From Verrucomicrobiota bacterium (lineage in GTDB: Bacteria; Verrucomicrobiota; Verrucomicrobiia; Limisphaerales; AAA164-E04), in assembly GCA_047947115.1 (NCBI GenBank), contig CP170459.1, forward strand, positions 992,001 to 1,056,000: 64,000 bases of DNA, written 5' to 3'. Of the stretch, positions 41,888 to 52,390 are shown in pieces. Each line of letters starts with the position of its first letter. The stretch's first letter is position 1. A program made the translations under genes and the position numbers. The notes beneath the pieces are model-generated. The model saw only the letters and a program-made list of their open reading frames with translations, was not told the origin of the DNA and made no database searches.

Positions 41888-42967
41888 GTTTCCCATACGC
41901 TTACTCGACACGCTTAATGACAAATTTGCCAAACGATGGAACCATCCCTTCATGAATCACGGGGGCTGATGCCAATGTTGTAATAGGGTTGTGGATCGCA
42001 GGTTCGGCATTGGGCGAAGTATAAGTCGTTCCACTATCGGTTCCGGCGTCGTAGGGAGCCAGTTCCAATGTCAAGGTATCGATCCATTGACCGCCAGGAC
42101 GCAGATCCACCCCATGAACACCCACAAACCAATCCGGGCTGGGAGCAATCATTGAAACCAAACTTAAAAGTGAATGGGCCGCGCTGGCCTCGAATTCCAC
42201 GCTGACACTTCCAGGTGACAATCCTATCCCCCCGCCGCTGATCAAAGTATCCGCCCATCCCATTTGGATGGCTTGTTGAATTTCGTCCATCAAAGGTGAT
42301 TTAGAACCGGTTTCGGCCATGCTTTCAATACCGGGGGACGCAAGTATTCCGGGTTCCCAAAGTTGCCCATTTTGATTGTGTGTCGCCCCAATGAGTCCGG
42401 AGAAATGCGGATTGCCCGGAAACATATCCGGATGAGTTGCGGCGCTCCAGGTTGAGTTGAAGGTCAGCCGAAACTTAGCCATGTCGTTCATCTGATTATT
42501 TTCAACCGAAACAACTCTGAAATAACCTTGGGAACCCTCACGCGCTATGGAAGCCATGGTTTCGTCTGTCGGCAAGCCCACGTTCATCCACTCGGCCATG
42601 CCGGCTTGAGCTTTCATTTGAACCTGGTACGGAGGAAGCCCCCCCATCCATTGTATCTCCAATTCATTCTCTGTTAAATTCAACGAAGTAATCCGAAGGG
42701 CCTGCCGGGCATTCAAGGCGAACAATGGGTAATCCGGTCGCTTGAAATTGGCTTCCATAAACATGGGTTCATCCAAAATCCCACCCATGCCAGGAGCTTT
42801 GAAACCGTCATGGATTCGCACCACTCCGTTTTCTTCCGGTCCTATGTTCGGCATCATCTGCCCGAGCAACGGTGTGGCTTCGGGAACCTCTATGTTTTGT
42901 TCCGTTCCTGCATCCAAAACCATGCCCCCACCCAGATGAACCGCATTCAGCATCAAGTTACCCATAT

Positions 42968-44450
42968 CAGCCCGTTAAAAAAGTCACAATTCTTCACGAA
43001 AAGATTCGTGATTGATCACATGATCAAGTAAAGTATTTGCCATGGCACTTGGCAAACGGAAAACGAAACAGCAAGAACTGTTCATTGCCTCCAATCAGAT
43101 TCCCAAAACGCCGGCTCACCCGTTTTATTCCAAACTCAATCAGGTTTTTGATGAGTGCGGATTTGATGCTTATGTCGAAGAGTTGTGCGCCCCGTTTTAC
43201 AAGAATTTTGGTAGGCCAGGCATTGCGCCCGGTATTTATTTCCGGATGATTTTCATCGGATACTTTGAAGGGCTCAACAGTCAACGTGGTATCGCATGGA
43301 GATGTCATGATAGCCTTTGCCTGCGTGAATTTCTCGGCATCAGTTTGACAGAGAAAACTCCTGTTCACGCATCGATGACAATTATCCGTCAACGCTTGTC
43401 CGATGAAGTGTTTCACAAGGTTTTCCTTTTTGTCCTTGAACAACTCAAAGAGAAAAAGCTTTTGAAGGGAAAAACTCTTGGTGTTGATGCCACCACCCTG
43501 GAAGCCAATGCAGCCATGCGTAGCATCGTGCGCAAAGGGACGGGTGAGGATTGGAAAGAATACCTTCGTGAACTGGCCAAAGAAGAAGGCATTGAAAATC
43601 CGAGTGATGAAGACATTCAGCGCATCGACCGAGGGCGCAAGGGGAAGAAAGTTTCCAACAAAGAATGGCAAAGCAAGTCAGATCCGGACAGCCGCATTAC
43701 CAAGATGAAAGATGGGCGCACACATCTTGCATATAAGGCTGAACATTCGGTGGACTTGGAAACCGAGGCAATTGTTTCTTGTCATGTCACACATGCAGAT
43801 CAAGGCGATACAACCACGGGGCCTGAGAGCCTCATCTTGGCTGAAGCCAATCTACAATTAATCGAATCAGAAAGGACCGTTGAAGAGGCGGTGATGGACA
43901 AGGGATATCACAGCAACGCATTGTTGGAACGGCTCACGCAGTGGGGTATCCGCACATACATACCAGAGAAGAAGCAAAAGAAGCGTAAGTGGGTGGACAA
44001 GCCGGAAAGCTACGAACACGCATTCCGTGGTAATCGACGAAGAGTTCGGAGTGTCAAGGGTAAGCGACTGAGTCGAAAACGAAGCGAACTTGTGGAGCGA
44101 ACATTTGCTCATGTGTGCGAAACAGGAGCTGGACGTCGAACCTGGCTCCAGGGAATGGAAAATGTCACCAAGATTCACACACTGAAGTGCGCAGCATTCA
44201 ACCTCGGATTGCTGATGCGGAAAATCTTTGGCCTCGCCAAGCCAAGAAACTGGGAAGCGAGCCTCGCTACCGCTTTGACGGCTGCTTTTGTCATAATTTT
44301 TGGCGAATGGATGACTCAGGGGGCGATAAATATGGCTCCCGCCGTCCTTTTACTGATTTCCACCATTTTATTATGCAGCTTGATGAAATCGAAGCCGGAC
44401 GAGATTCGGATCATTCGGTTTTTCGAAATTGGCACTTATTAAACGGGCTG
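42968..44450 (+). mobile_element. IS1182-family element, copy 2 (intact, 1483 bp)
   Basis: Same IRs as copy 1; 4-bp ATAT duplication (42964-67, 44451-54). Confidence 0.95.
43042..44442 (+). CDS. IS1182-family transposase
   Basis: 466 aa with DDE motifs; the stop codon lies inside the right IR. Confidence 0.93.
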   Translation: MALGKRKTKQQELFIASNQIPKTPAHPFYSKLNQVFDECGFDAYVEELCAPFYKNFGRPGIAPGIYFRMIFIGYFEGLNSQRGIAWRCHDSLCLREFLGISLTEKTPVHASMTIIRQRLSDEVFHKVFLFVLEQLKEKKLLKGKTLGVDATTLEANAAMRSIVRKGTGEDWKEYLRELAKEEGIENPSDEDIQRIDRGRKGKKVSNKEWQSKSDPDSRITKMKDGRTHLAYKAEHSVDLETEAIVSCHVTHADQGDTTTGPESLILAEANLQLIESERTVEEAVMDKGYHSNALLERLTQWGIRTYIPEKKQKKRKWVDKPESYEHAFRGNRRRVRSVKGKRLSRKRSELVERTFAHVCETGAGRRTWLQGMENVTKIHTLKCAAFNLGLLMRKIFGLAKPRNWEASLATALTAAFVIIFGEWMTQGAINMAPAVLLLISTILLCSLMKSKPDEIRIIRFFEIGTY

Positions 44451-45348
44451 ATATCATCAAAGACTTTGATCGGTTCCATATTGGACACAAAAGCATCATT
44501 GCTCGGAATGACCATACTGGCAAAACTCAAGTATTGATGCCGTGGATCATGTGCATTCAATCGGATCGTCACATCCTGTGAAACCCCGGGCGCAAAAACA
44601 GGGGGATTGAGATCACTGGTGACCAAGTGATGCATCCCGGCGCCGCTTTGGTTCATGAACCATTCATTGAGTGCCGAAGGATCACCATCTTCAGCCAGGC
44701 GTTCCAGGGCTCCCGAAGCAGGCTGGCCCATTTCAAACAGACGAACGGACCCATCATGGAATCCCATCCATACCGGCGTGAAATAAACACCCTTGTCGGG
44801 AGCCTGATTTTCCACGTGAAGGGAAACGTCCACCCATTTGGGCATGACACGCATGACGCTGATTCGAATCAATGCAGATTCAATCTGCGTGAAATCTGCG
44901 TTTTCAAAAGCCTCACGATCCACAATACCCCCTGCTCCAGTCGCCATGTGTCCGGCATGCATCCGAATGACACTCTGTTCATCCATGCCTGTATTAGGTG
45001 TCATTTGACCCAGCGCAGGTGTGTTCCCGGGGAGTTCGTCGTTCACTTCCACTCCCGCATCGTAAACCATGGAGCGCGTCAACATGAGTTCCAGTGATCA
45101 GAGGCCAGGGGCCACATCAAATGATTTCTTCCAAAAAAGGGGTCAGAATTTTAACAGCCTGAAAAACCCGGATACACCCGTGGTTTCCACTTCAACCGTT
45201 CTCTGACCTTGCATCGGGTCCCAATTGATGTCGAACAAGGTTGGGGTGCGTTGAAGCTGAAACCCGTCAGGAACGATTCAATCCCTGATCTTCTCCAAAC
45301 CAATCCCCGGCATTGCTTAAACATCCCTGAATGGAGTAAGATCCGGTC

Positions 45349-46443
45349 ATGTCCAAGACCAAAGTGCTCTTACTTGGTGCCGGCTTTATTGCCGACATTC
45401 ACCTCGAATCATATCAACGCTTCGTGCCCGATGCGGAAGTGATCGGCGTCTATACACGCAACGCTGAAAAAGCCGCCGCATTCGCCGAAAAACATGGCCT
45501 GCCCCACCGTTATGACGACATGGAAAAGGCCATCGCGGAATCCGGCTGTGAAGTGGTCGATATCTGCCTCCCCAATTTTCTGCACCATCAGGCAGTCCTG
45601 ACAGCCGTCAAGCATGGCAAACACATCATCATCGAAAAACCTTTTGCCATGACCCTGGAACAGGCCGACGAAATGATCGATGCATGCAACAAGGCCGACC
45701 TGAAACTGATGTATGCCGAGGAACTCTGCTTCGCTCCCAAATACGAGCGCGTTCGCAAACTGGTCAACGAAGGCGCGCTGGGTGAACTCTATCATCTCCG
45801 CCAATGCGAAAAACACTCCGGTCCGCACAGCGATTGGTTCTATGATGTGAACCTCTCGGGAGGCGGGGCCATGATGGACATGGGCTGTCACGGCATTGCC
45901 TGGTTTCGCTGGATGCTGGGTGGACGCCCCAAGGTGAAAAGCGTCCAAGCCCACATGATGACGGTCATGCACAAAGACCGCACCCAGGGCGAAGATGATT
46001 CCGTCGTCATTGTGGAATTCGAAAACGGCGCCATCGGCGTTGCCGAAAACAGCTGGGCCAAACTGGGCGGCATGGACGACAGTGTTGAAGTGTTCGGCAC
46101 TGGAGGCGTGATCTATGCCGACCTGTTTCGTGGCAATGCCGCCGTCACCTACAGCGACAAGGGCTATGGCTATGCCATGGAGAAAGCAGGCGGCACTCAA
46201 GGATGGACATTCACCATCTTCGAAGAAGCTTTCAACCAAGGTTACCCGCAGGAATTGAAGCATTTTATTGAATGCGTCCGAGAAAATCTGGAACCCAAAG
46301 TCACCGGAGAAGACGGTCGTGCTGTGCTCGAAATCATGCTGGCCGCCTATGAATCCGCCGGGACAGGACGTAAGATTTCCCTTCCCTTCTCTCCCAAGGT
46401 CGAAAAACCCATTGATCTTTGGTTGAATAAACGTTCATCCTAA
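45349..46443 (+). CDS. Gfo/Idh/MocA oxidoreductase
   Basis: GAGFIA, EKP and GGGAMMDMGCH motifs. Confidence 0.92.
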   Translation: MSKTKVLLLGAGFIADIHLESYQRFVPDAEVIGVYTRNAEKAAAFAEKHGLPHRYDDMEKAIAESGCEVVDICLPNFLHHQAVLTAVKHGKHIIIEKPFAMTLEQADEMIDACNKADLKLMYAEELCFAPKYERVRKLVNEGALGELYHLRQCEKHSGPHSDWFYDVNLSGGGAMMDMGCHGIAWFRWMLGGRPKVKSVQAHMMTVMHKDRTQGEDDSVVIVEFENGAIGVAENSWAKLGGMDDSVEVFGTGGVIYADLFRGNAAVTYSDKGYGYAMEKAGGTQGWTFTIFEEAFNQGYPQELKHFIECVRENLEPKVTGEDGRAVLEIMLAAYESAGTGRKISLPFSPKVEKPIDLWLNKRSS

Positions 46444-46542
46444 GGCTCTAATGGAGAGTGCGCGGCGATTTTGAAGTCGGTTTACCTTTTTACGTATCCG
46501 ATTGGACTCCCGATCGGTGTAACCATTATTAATCTATTGTTC

Positions 46543-47289
46543 GTGGAACATTCGAAAGCCATTGTCATCATACCCACCTATAACGAGCGGGAAAACCTCC
46601 CGGCTTTGGTCGATCACGTACTCGCTCTACCGGTGAAGGTCGACATGTTGGTGGTGGATGACAGCTCTCCGGATGGCACCGGCGAAATGGCAGATCAATA
46701 CGCCAAAGCACACGAATCCATCCATGTCCTGCATCGCAAGACCAAAAACGGACTTGGACGCGCATATTGCGATGGATTTCAATGGGCCTTGCAGCGGGAT
46801 TACGAATACATCTTCGAGATGGATGGCGATTTTTCCCACAATCCGGACGACATCCCCCGCTTCTTGGAAGCCATCGAAGATGCCGACCTGGTGCTGGGAT
46901 CCCGCTATCGGAACGGCATCCGGGTGATCAACTGGCCGCTGGAACGATTGATTCTCAGCCTGGGCGCGGCGCAATATGTCAAAATCATCACCGGCATGCC
47001 TGTCACCGATCCCACCGGCGGATTCAAGTGTTTCCGGCGATCAGCGTTGCAATCCATTGACCTTTCGCGCGTGCATTCCAACGGCTACAGCTTTCAGATC
47101 GAGATGACCCATAAACTCTGGCGTCAAGGCCTGCGCATCCGGGAAATCCCCATCATCTTCACTGACCGCTTCCAGGGCACTTCCAAGATGGAACGTAAAA
47201 TCGTATGGGAAGCCTTGTGGATGGTCTGGCGTCTTTGGATTCACAATGGATTGAGCCGGAGTCCAACGTTTCGGAAAACGCCGGGTTAG
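46543..47289 (+). CDS. Polyprenol monophosphomannose synthase (GT2)
   Basis: IPTYNE, VDDSSPDGT, MDGDFSH, GSRY, DPTGGF, GYSFQIE and GTSKM motifs. Confidence 0.92.
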   Translation: MEHSKAIVIIPTYNERENLPALVDHVLALPVKVDMLVVDDSSPDGTGEMADQYAKAHESIHVLHRKTKNGLGRAYCDGFQWALQRDYEYIFEMDGDFSHNPDDIPRFLEAIEDADLVLGSRYRNGIRVINWPLERLILSLGAAQYVKIITGMPVTDPTGGFKCFRRSALQSIDLSRVHSNGYSFQIEMTHKLWRQGLRIREIPIIFTDRFQGTSKMERKIVWEALWMVWRLWIHNGLSRSPTFRKTPG

Positions 47290-47315
47290 TACCGTGAGAA
47301 TCATTTCGCCAGCGC

Positions 47316-47539
47316 AGGTAGAAACGGGTCTTCCCCGGCCCGTTCCCTTGAGGCTCCCGATGTCCGTTTTACCTCACAAGGGAAGCTTGGAACGTACACC
47401 TTTCTTGATGGCATGGTCACAAGGTTCAAGAAAGGCAAAACAGGTGTCAGGATTTCATAAGCTTTACGAGTTCCCTTTGGATGGTTGATCGTCTATTCGT
47501 TTGCCACAAGGTTGCTCACGGGGACGTCACGCTCTACCT
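47316..47539. repeat. REPIN-like element (GTAG family) between convergent genes
   Basis: AGGTAGAAACGGGTCTTCCCCGG... and inverted ...GGGGACGTCACGCTCTACCT. Confidence 0.7.
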
Positions 47540-47575
47540 TTCCAACCACTGAATGAATCGATAAGTTACCGGTTC

Positions 47576-49057
47576 TCAATTGACACCTGGTAGAATCCTG
47601 AAAAATTGAGAGGACGTTGTCGAAACAGAGGCGTCAAACTGAAAGGTAACGACACCGGGAGAAGCTGAGGTTATTTCTCCCACTTCGGTCCAATCCTCAA
47701 GATCTGCCGACGCCTCGATCACAAAAAGTTCTCCGGCTGCTGAAGCATCCCAATGAAGGCTCAGCACACCCGTAATTGAATCGAATGTGATTTCGGATAC
47801 AGGCAGGGAACCGGTTCCTATTCCACCCGATCCTGATCCTCCTGCGCCACTGCCTCCTGGTGAATCAGAAATGCGTGTCAACACCCAATCCATCACTAAA
47901 ATCTGATAATCATCGACAGGAAACTCGTACTGAATGGTCTCATTTGGACAGGTGATGGGGGCCTTCATTTTTAGGCTAGATGTTCCCTGTTTTTTCATCC
48001 AATGCCCCAGCGCGATGGCGGCTCCGTTGCTGAAGTTGATGGTTGTATTGCCTGGAAAAACCGCAGGACCACCCGGTACGAACACGGGTGCAAACATTAA
48101 TTCATGACTAGGTATCGAACTGGGAGCAGCTCCTGAAAAATCCATCCAGAAATGCTCGCCTGATGTATCGGCCTCAATGCTCACATCAACCGCTGGATAG
48201 GATGGGACATTCGGCGTCGTGACATTCACCAAGTGTCCCCCATACAGATTATTCGTGATCCAATGCGACCAATCTGCATCCCCACCCAATTCATCCGCAG
48301 TGAAAGCAAAATGCCACTGGCCCTGAAGTGTCCATTCCCAGACACTCAGCGCAGTTGTGTGGGAACCAGCCTGTAGAGTGTAACTCAGCGAACCTTCGTA
48401 GTAACCCGGAATAGGCTTGGCCCCTTCATTCTGCACAGTGATCGTAAGTTCAGGATCCGCATAGGCGCTCACACTGGACATCTCGTTCGGGATGGTCACA
48501 TTCGTAAATGCGTTTTGCACGGCTGTGTTTTGGCCATGGTCAGTTTCTGAATCATAGAATTCGTTACTGAAGATGAGTTCATCGATTTCTTCCGAATGGA
48601 AAAGGGTCAGCATGGCTTCGATCTCCGATTCGGACACATCACATCGTCTCAATAATTCCTTTAACTCCACAGATTCATTTATGCGCCGCTTCAACTTACG
48701 CGCATGAATTTCGGCATAATCGAAATGGGCCACTTCATGAACCAACAAGGCAGGCGTCGCTTCGCTCGGGCGATACCAAGAAACAGAATGATCGAAAACC
48801 GCCTGAACATTGACTTCAAGCGTGCGCGTAGAGACATCCCACGTGAAATCCCAAGGGATTTCCGTATAAACGTAAGCATCATAATGTTCGGAAGGGTCGG
48901 AGGACAAGGCAGGAGGTGTGCCCTGAAAATCACCCCACCCCGGGGAACTGCTGCTCGACCATGGACTCTGGTCCGCACCTAGAGTTGCTGTGAACGCTGT
49001 GAGCTGAAGCAGTATCAGAGATATAAATCCATACCCATTTCGCAAATTGTGACACAT
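47576..49057 (-). CDS. Secreted DUF922-like HExxH putative Zn-protease with a Gly-Ser linker and C-terminal domain
   Basis: WGDFQG, VFDHSVSW, LLVHEVAHFD, YDSETDHG; GGSGAGGSGSGG linker; start codon uncertain. Confidence 0.75.
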   Translation of the reverse strand: MCHNLRNGYGFISLILLQLTAFTATLGADQSPWSSSSSPGWGDFQGTPPALSSDPSEHYDAYVYTEIPWDFTWDVSTRTLEVNVQAVFDHSVSWYRPSEATPALLVHEVAHFDYAEIHARKLKRRINESVELKELLRRCDVSESEIEAMLTLFHSEEIDELIFSNEFYDSETDHGQNTAVQNAFTNVTIPNEMSSVSAYADPELTITVQNEGAKPIPGYYEGSLSYTLQAGSHTTALSVWEWTLQGQWHFAFTADELGGDADWSHWITNNLYGGHLVNVTTPNVPSYPAVDVSIEADTSGEHFWMDFSGAAPSSIPSHELMFAPVFVPGGPAVFPGNTTINFSNGAAIALGHWMKKQGTSSLKMKAPITCPNETIQYEFPVDDYQILVMDWVLTRISDSPGGSGAGGSGSGGIGTGSLPVSEITFDSITGVLSLHWDASAAGELFVIEASADLEDWTEVGEITSASPGVVTFQFDASVSTTSSQFFRILPGVN

Positions 49058-49119
49058 TCGATCCGCAAAGGAAGAACGACAAGAACGGTGGATTGAAAAC
49101 TTTTTCACATCTCCAACAA

Positions 49120-49136
49120 AGCAGCCTGGATGCCAA
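49120..49136 (-). promoter_or_regulatory. Possible sigma54 (-24/-12) promoter
   Basis: TTGGCATCCAGGCTGCT with GG-N10-GC spacing upstream of the DUF922 gene. Confidence 0.45.
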
Positions 49137-49216
49137 TCGCAAAAATGAGAGAGGTCCAGTTCTAACCGATCAGCTTCGAAACAGCATAAAACTGGGAGCA
49201 CCGCGGAACAGGCAGC

Positions 49217-50179
49217 TTAAAAATACCGGACAAATGACTTTTCTTTAAGCTGGTCGATCCATTCGGCTTTGAGACGATTGCGTTCTTCGGCGAGGAGGGC
49301 CTTTTCGATTTCTTCCTGGACTGCCGACAGGGGTTTGGACTTAGGCTCCTGGCGTTCTTCAACGTACATCAAGTAACAGCCTTCGTCCTTTTGAAGGACC
49401 TCACTCATTTGACCTTCCTTGAGTGAAAAAGCAACGGCGGACAAATCATCACGCAGGACCGTTTGATCCACCCACCCCCAGTCGCCTCCCTGGGAGCGTT
49501 GACTGCCCTGATGATACAACCTGGCCAGATCGGCAAAATTGCTACCCGAATCCACCTTGCGTTGGATGTCCTGAAGAAGCTTTTTGGAAAACTCCACGCC
49601 ACCCACTTCTTTTGGGATATATATCATGCGCAAACGAATGCGCTCATCCATTTGAAACTCGTCCAGATGGGAGTTGTAGTAATTTTCAATCTCGAAGGGC
49701 GACACCAAAGAAATGGAAGAAATATTTTTCGAAGTGAGGAAGTCCACAATGACCTGTTCCTTGATGCTCTTGCGGAACGATTCCTGGGTCACACCCTGCG
49801 CCTGAAGCGTCTTGGTCAAAGTCAAACGATCGCCGTAGTCTTCCCGAATACGTTCCTGAACACGTTCGTCGATGATATTCTCCGGGAGCATATAACCCTG
49901 GCTTTCAAATTCTTTTAGAATGAGGTGACGTTCGATCAGAGATTCCAGCGCATTTTGACGCACTTCCAGAATCCGTTGCCTCAACATGGAGGGATCGGAG
50001 GCGAACTGCTGGTAAAGGACCTGTTCGACGGGTAAAGTCTGGGTTTTGACATCATCCAGCGTGATCGGTGTGTCGCCCACCAAGGCGGCCACACTATTCA
50101 ATCGCTCCAATTCAGCAACGGCCATCAAGCCGGGAAGCATCCATAAAATCACCCAAATCCAAATTCGACGCATCGACAT
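49217..50179 (-). CDS. SurA/PpiC-type peptidyl-prolyl isomerase
   Basis: Signal peptide, SurA N-domain, rotamase FADLARLY...GGDWGW...AFSLKEG. Confidence 0.9.
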   Translation of the reverse strand: MSMRRIWIWVILWMLPGLMAVAELERLNSVAALVGDTPITLDDVKTQTLPVEQVLYQQFASDPSMLRQRILEVRQNALESLIERHLILKEFESQGYMLPENIIDERVQERIREDYGDRLTLTKTLQAQGVTQESFRKSIKEQVIVDFLTSKNISSISLVSPFEIENYYNSHLDEFQMDERIRLRMIYIPKEVGGVEFSKKLLQDIQRKVDSGSNFADLARLYHQGSQRSQGGDWGWVDQTVLRDDLSAVAFSLKEGQMSEVLQKDEGCYLMYVEERQEPKSKPLSAVQEEIEKALLAEERNRLKAEWIDQLKEKSFVRYF

Positions 50180-50409
50180 ACCATTGATATCTAGAAAACA
50201 AGCCTGTCTTGGTCAAGCATGCTTCTGAAGGAAGAATTAGCCTCGCAATCAAGGAAAGCATTCTTGCTTAACCACGAAACCACGAAAAGCATGTGGTTAA
50301 GTGCCTTTTTATCTGTTGGTTACCATTACGCCGGATGATTTTTGAGACGGTTCTCATTTGAAAAATCCGCATCTTCTGAAATGTATCAAAGGATCAATCC
50401 TTCTGGTTA

Positions 50410-50754
50410 TCAGGCATTTTTCCCAATATTCCCTGACTGTTGTTGAGCGGTATTTTCCATTACGTCGGCAAAATCCTTTTGCAGCACTTTGATGCTGCGA
50501 TCCAGCAAATCCCTTTCTTCCGGAAGCAAATTGCCCCGGGTTTTTTCGCGGATCATTTCCAATTGATCAATGAGGATCTTGGCCGAAGCCGGATCGGGTT
50601 CCGAGAGCACTTGACCGTCCAAACCCGGCATCCGCCCCAGCATCACGAGGGCGGTCTGACCATGTTGGATGACGAAATCCTGAAAGACAGCGGACAGTAT
50701 CTGGTTGCGATCGGCGGATTCGAGTTCCTTTTCGGGTAGTTGAGAGGGTATCAC
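50410..50754 (-). CDS. DUF1844 family protein
   Basis: ALVMLG...AKILIDQLEMIREKTRGNL...E. Confidence 0.85.
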   Translation of the reverse strand: MIPSQLPEKELESADRNQILSAVFQDFVIQHGQTALVMLGRMPGLDGQVLSEPDPASAKILIDQLEMIREKTRGNLLPEERDLLDRSIKVLQKDFADVMENTAQQQSGNIGKNA

Positions 50755-51437
50755 GGTTTCTTTTTACGTTGTCGACAGAATATTTCAGCCATCAGGAAGG
50801 CGACCAAATTACTCAACCGGGTCTCCAGATCCTTTTCTTCAAGAATGATCTGTCTGGCTTGGGGTTGGCTCACCAGCGTGCAGGACACCATGTCCGCCAG
50901 ATATTCCACATCGTTTGCGCCAAGCATGGTCTGCATGACTTCTTCGAGAGCGAATTTGCTTTCAGGGGGAACTCCGGGCTGCCCGTGCTGTGTCAGACAT
51001 TGTTTGATCTTGGCAGAGAGGACGTTGTCCTTTTCCAACTGCATGTTGACCAGGTCAAGCAGCTTTTGTCGAAGGATTTGCACTCGATCCTCATTCCCAC
51101 GACTCGTATGAACCACTTCGTATCGGTGGGACCGAAAGGGTTTATAGGTGGTGGCACGATTGAGTTTGATCCGTCCCAAACCCTGCAAAATGACATGGGA
51201 CGTGCCGTCCGGATGCTTGACGGCAGCACGCACCATCCCCAAGCCGGCTGTTTTGTAGGGAACCTCACGGGAGGCGTCCGGGCGCAGCATGGCCACAGCG
51301 ATCAACCTGTCTCCCTGAAGGGTACGCTGCAGCATCTTGCGATACCTGGGCTCAAAGATGAACAAAGGCAACATTGTATTCGGAAATAACGTTGCATTAG
51401 GCAACATCATGACCGGTATCGTTTCCGGGTACTCCAT
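50751..51437 (-). CDS. Lon peptidase N-terminal (substrate-binding) domain protein
   Basis: LFPNTMLPLFIFEPRY...DGTSHVILQG. Confidence 0.9.
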   Translation of the reverse strand: MEYPETIPVMMLPNATLFPNTMLPLFIFEPRYRKMLQRTLQGDRLIAVAMLRPDASREVPYKTAGLGMVRAAVKHPDGTSHVILQGLGRIKLNRATTYKPFRSHRYEVVHTSRGNEDRVQILRQKLLDLVNMQLEKDNVLSAKIKQCLTQHGQPGVPPESKFALEEVMQTMLGANDVEYLADMVSCTLVSQPQARQIILEEKDLETRLSNLVAFLMAEIFCRQRKKKP

Positions 51438-51597
51438 GCTCTCAAGTTAAACCGACAATCGTGGATCATCAAGTCCGGTCAAAAAAACGGCGTTTCTATT
51501 CGTGGAACTACTTGATGAACAGCAGGCTACAAAAGCAACGGACACCCCGTTGCATGCAGGCTTGCCAAAATGGTTTTCAGACACCATCTTATAGGAA

Positions 51598-52371
51598 ATG
51601 AAACAAACAAGCAAGATTACGATCCTACTTGGCATTGTCAGCGCCCTGTTGCTCGCAGGGCTCGTGTTCCGCCATCTTCAAGCCACCAAAGTGGAACAAG
51701 CTAAAGAGGACAAAATCAAAACCGTCGAAACAACCCTCACGGAGACCCAAGCCAAACTTACCTCACAAACCAAAACCAACGAGGTGCTCCGCTCCGAATT
51801 GGAAATCAAAACGGAAGCCCTTCAATCACTTGAAGGTCGTTACGCAACAGTGACCACCGAACTGGACAAGGTGCAGAAAGAAGCCGATGCCGCGGCCAGC
51901 GAGGTCGCCGCAGCCAAAAAAACCATCGAAGAAATGGATAAACGCATCGGTGAACTTTCCATTGAGCGGGATTCACTGACGACCCAGATGACCGAGCTGA
52001 ACAGCAACATGGAATCGCTCGAAGGCCAAATTCTGGAAACACAGCGCAAACTGGAAGCTTCAGAGGGTGATCGCGAATTTTTATTGAAAGAATTAAAACG
52101 ACTCCAAGCCGAAAAGGCCGATCTGGAACGTCAGTTCAACGATCTTGCTCTCTTGCGCAACCAGATCCGCAAACTGAAAGACGAACTTTCGATCGCCCGC
52201 CGTCTAGAGTGGATCAAGAATGGCATCATGGGAGCGGGCACCGTTCCAAAAGGAGCCGCCTTGTTGAAGCGCGGATTCAGCAAACCGGAAACCAAACCCA
52301 ATTTCGATCTCAATGTGGAATTGAATCAGGAAGGTGGCGTCCAGGTGGTGCCATCCAATGGGCAACAATAA
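51598..52371 (+). CDS. Membrane-anchored coiled-coil protein
   Basis: N-terminal TM segment and long heptad repeats. Confidence 0.8.
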   Translation: MKQTSKITILLGIVSALLLAGLVFRHLQATKVEQAKEDKIKTVETTLTETQAKLTSQTKTNEVLRSELEIKTEALQSLEGRYATVTTELDKVQKEADAAASEVAAAKKTIEEMDKRIGELSIERDSLTTQMTELNSNMESLEGQILETQRKLEASEGDREFLLKELKRLQAEKADLERQFNDLALLRNQIRKLKDELSIARRLEWIKNGIMGAGTVPKGAALLKRGFSKPETKPNFDLNVELNQEGGVQVVPSNGQQ

Positions 52372-52390
52372 CAATACACTGGGAAGCCCC

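Larger units (their letters stand above)
41901..45085 (-). pseudogene. Multi-spondin-domain protein split by IS1182 copy 2 and apparently 5'-truncated
   Basis: FTPVWMGFHDG, LAEDG, SMVIPSNDAF, DAGTE; Spondin_N TWSAATHP...SMIAPSPDWFVG...YDAGTDSG; removing the IS and one ATAT rejoins VFDD-MGNL in frame. Confidence 0.88.

Noticed and set aside
16158..44450. Composite transposon bounded by the two IS1182 copies
   Set aside because: Each copy has its own matching TSD (TTAA and ATAT) and a reconstructable empty site, so they are independent insertions.
45098..45100. Selenocysteine TGA upstream of the spondin fragment
   Set aside because: It is not a Cys-type position, and the sequence upstream does not continue the domain.
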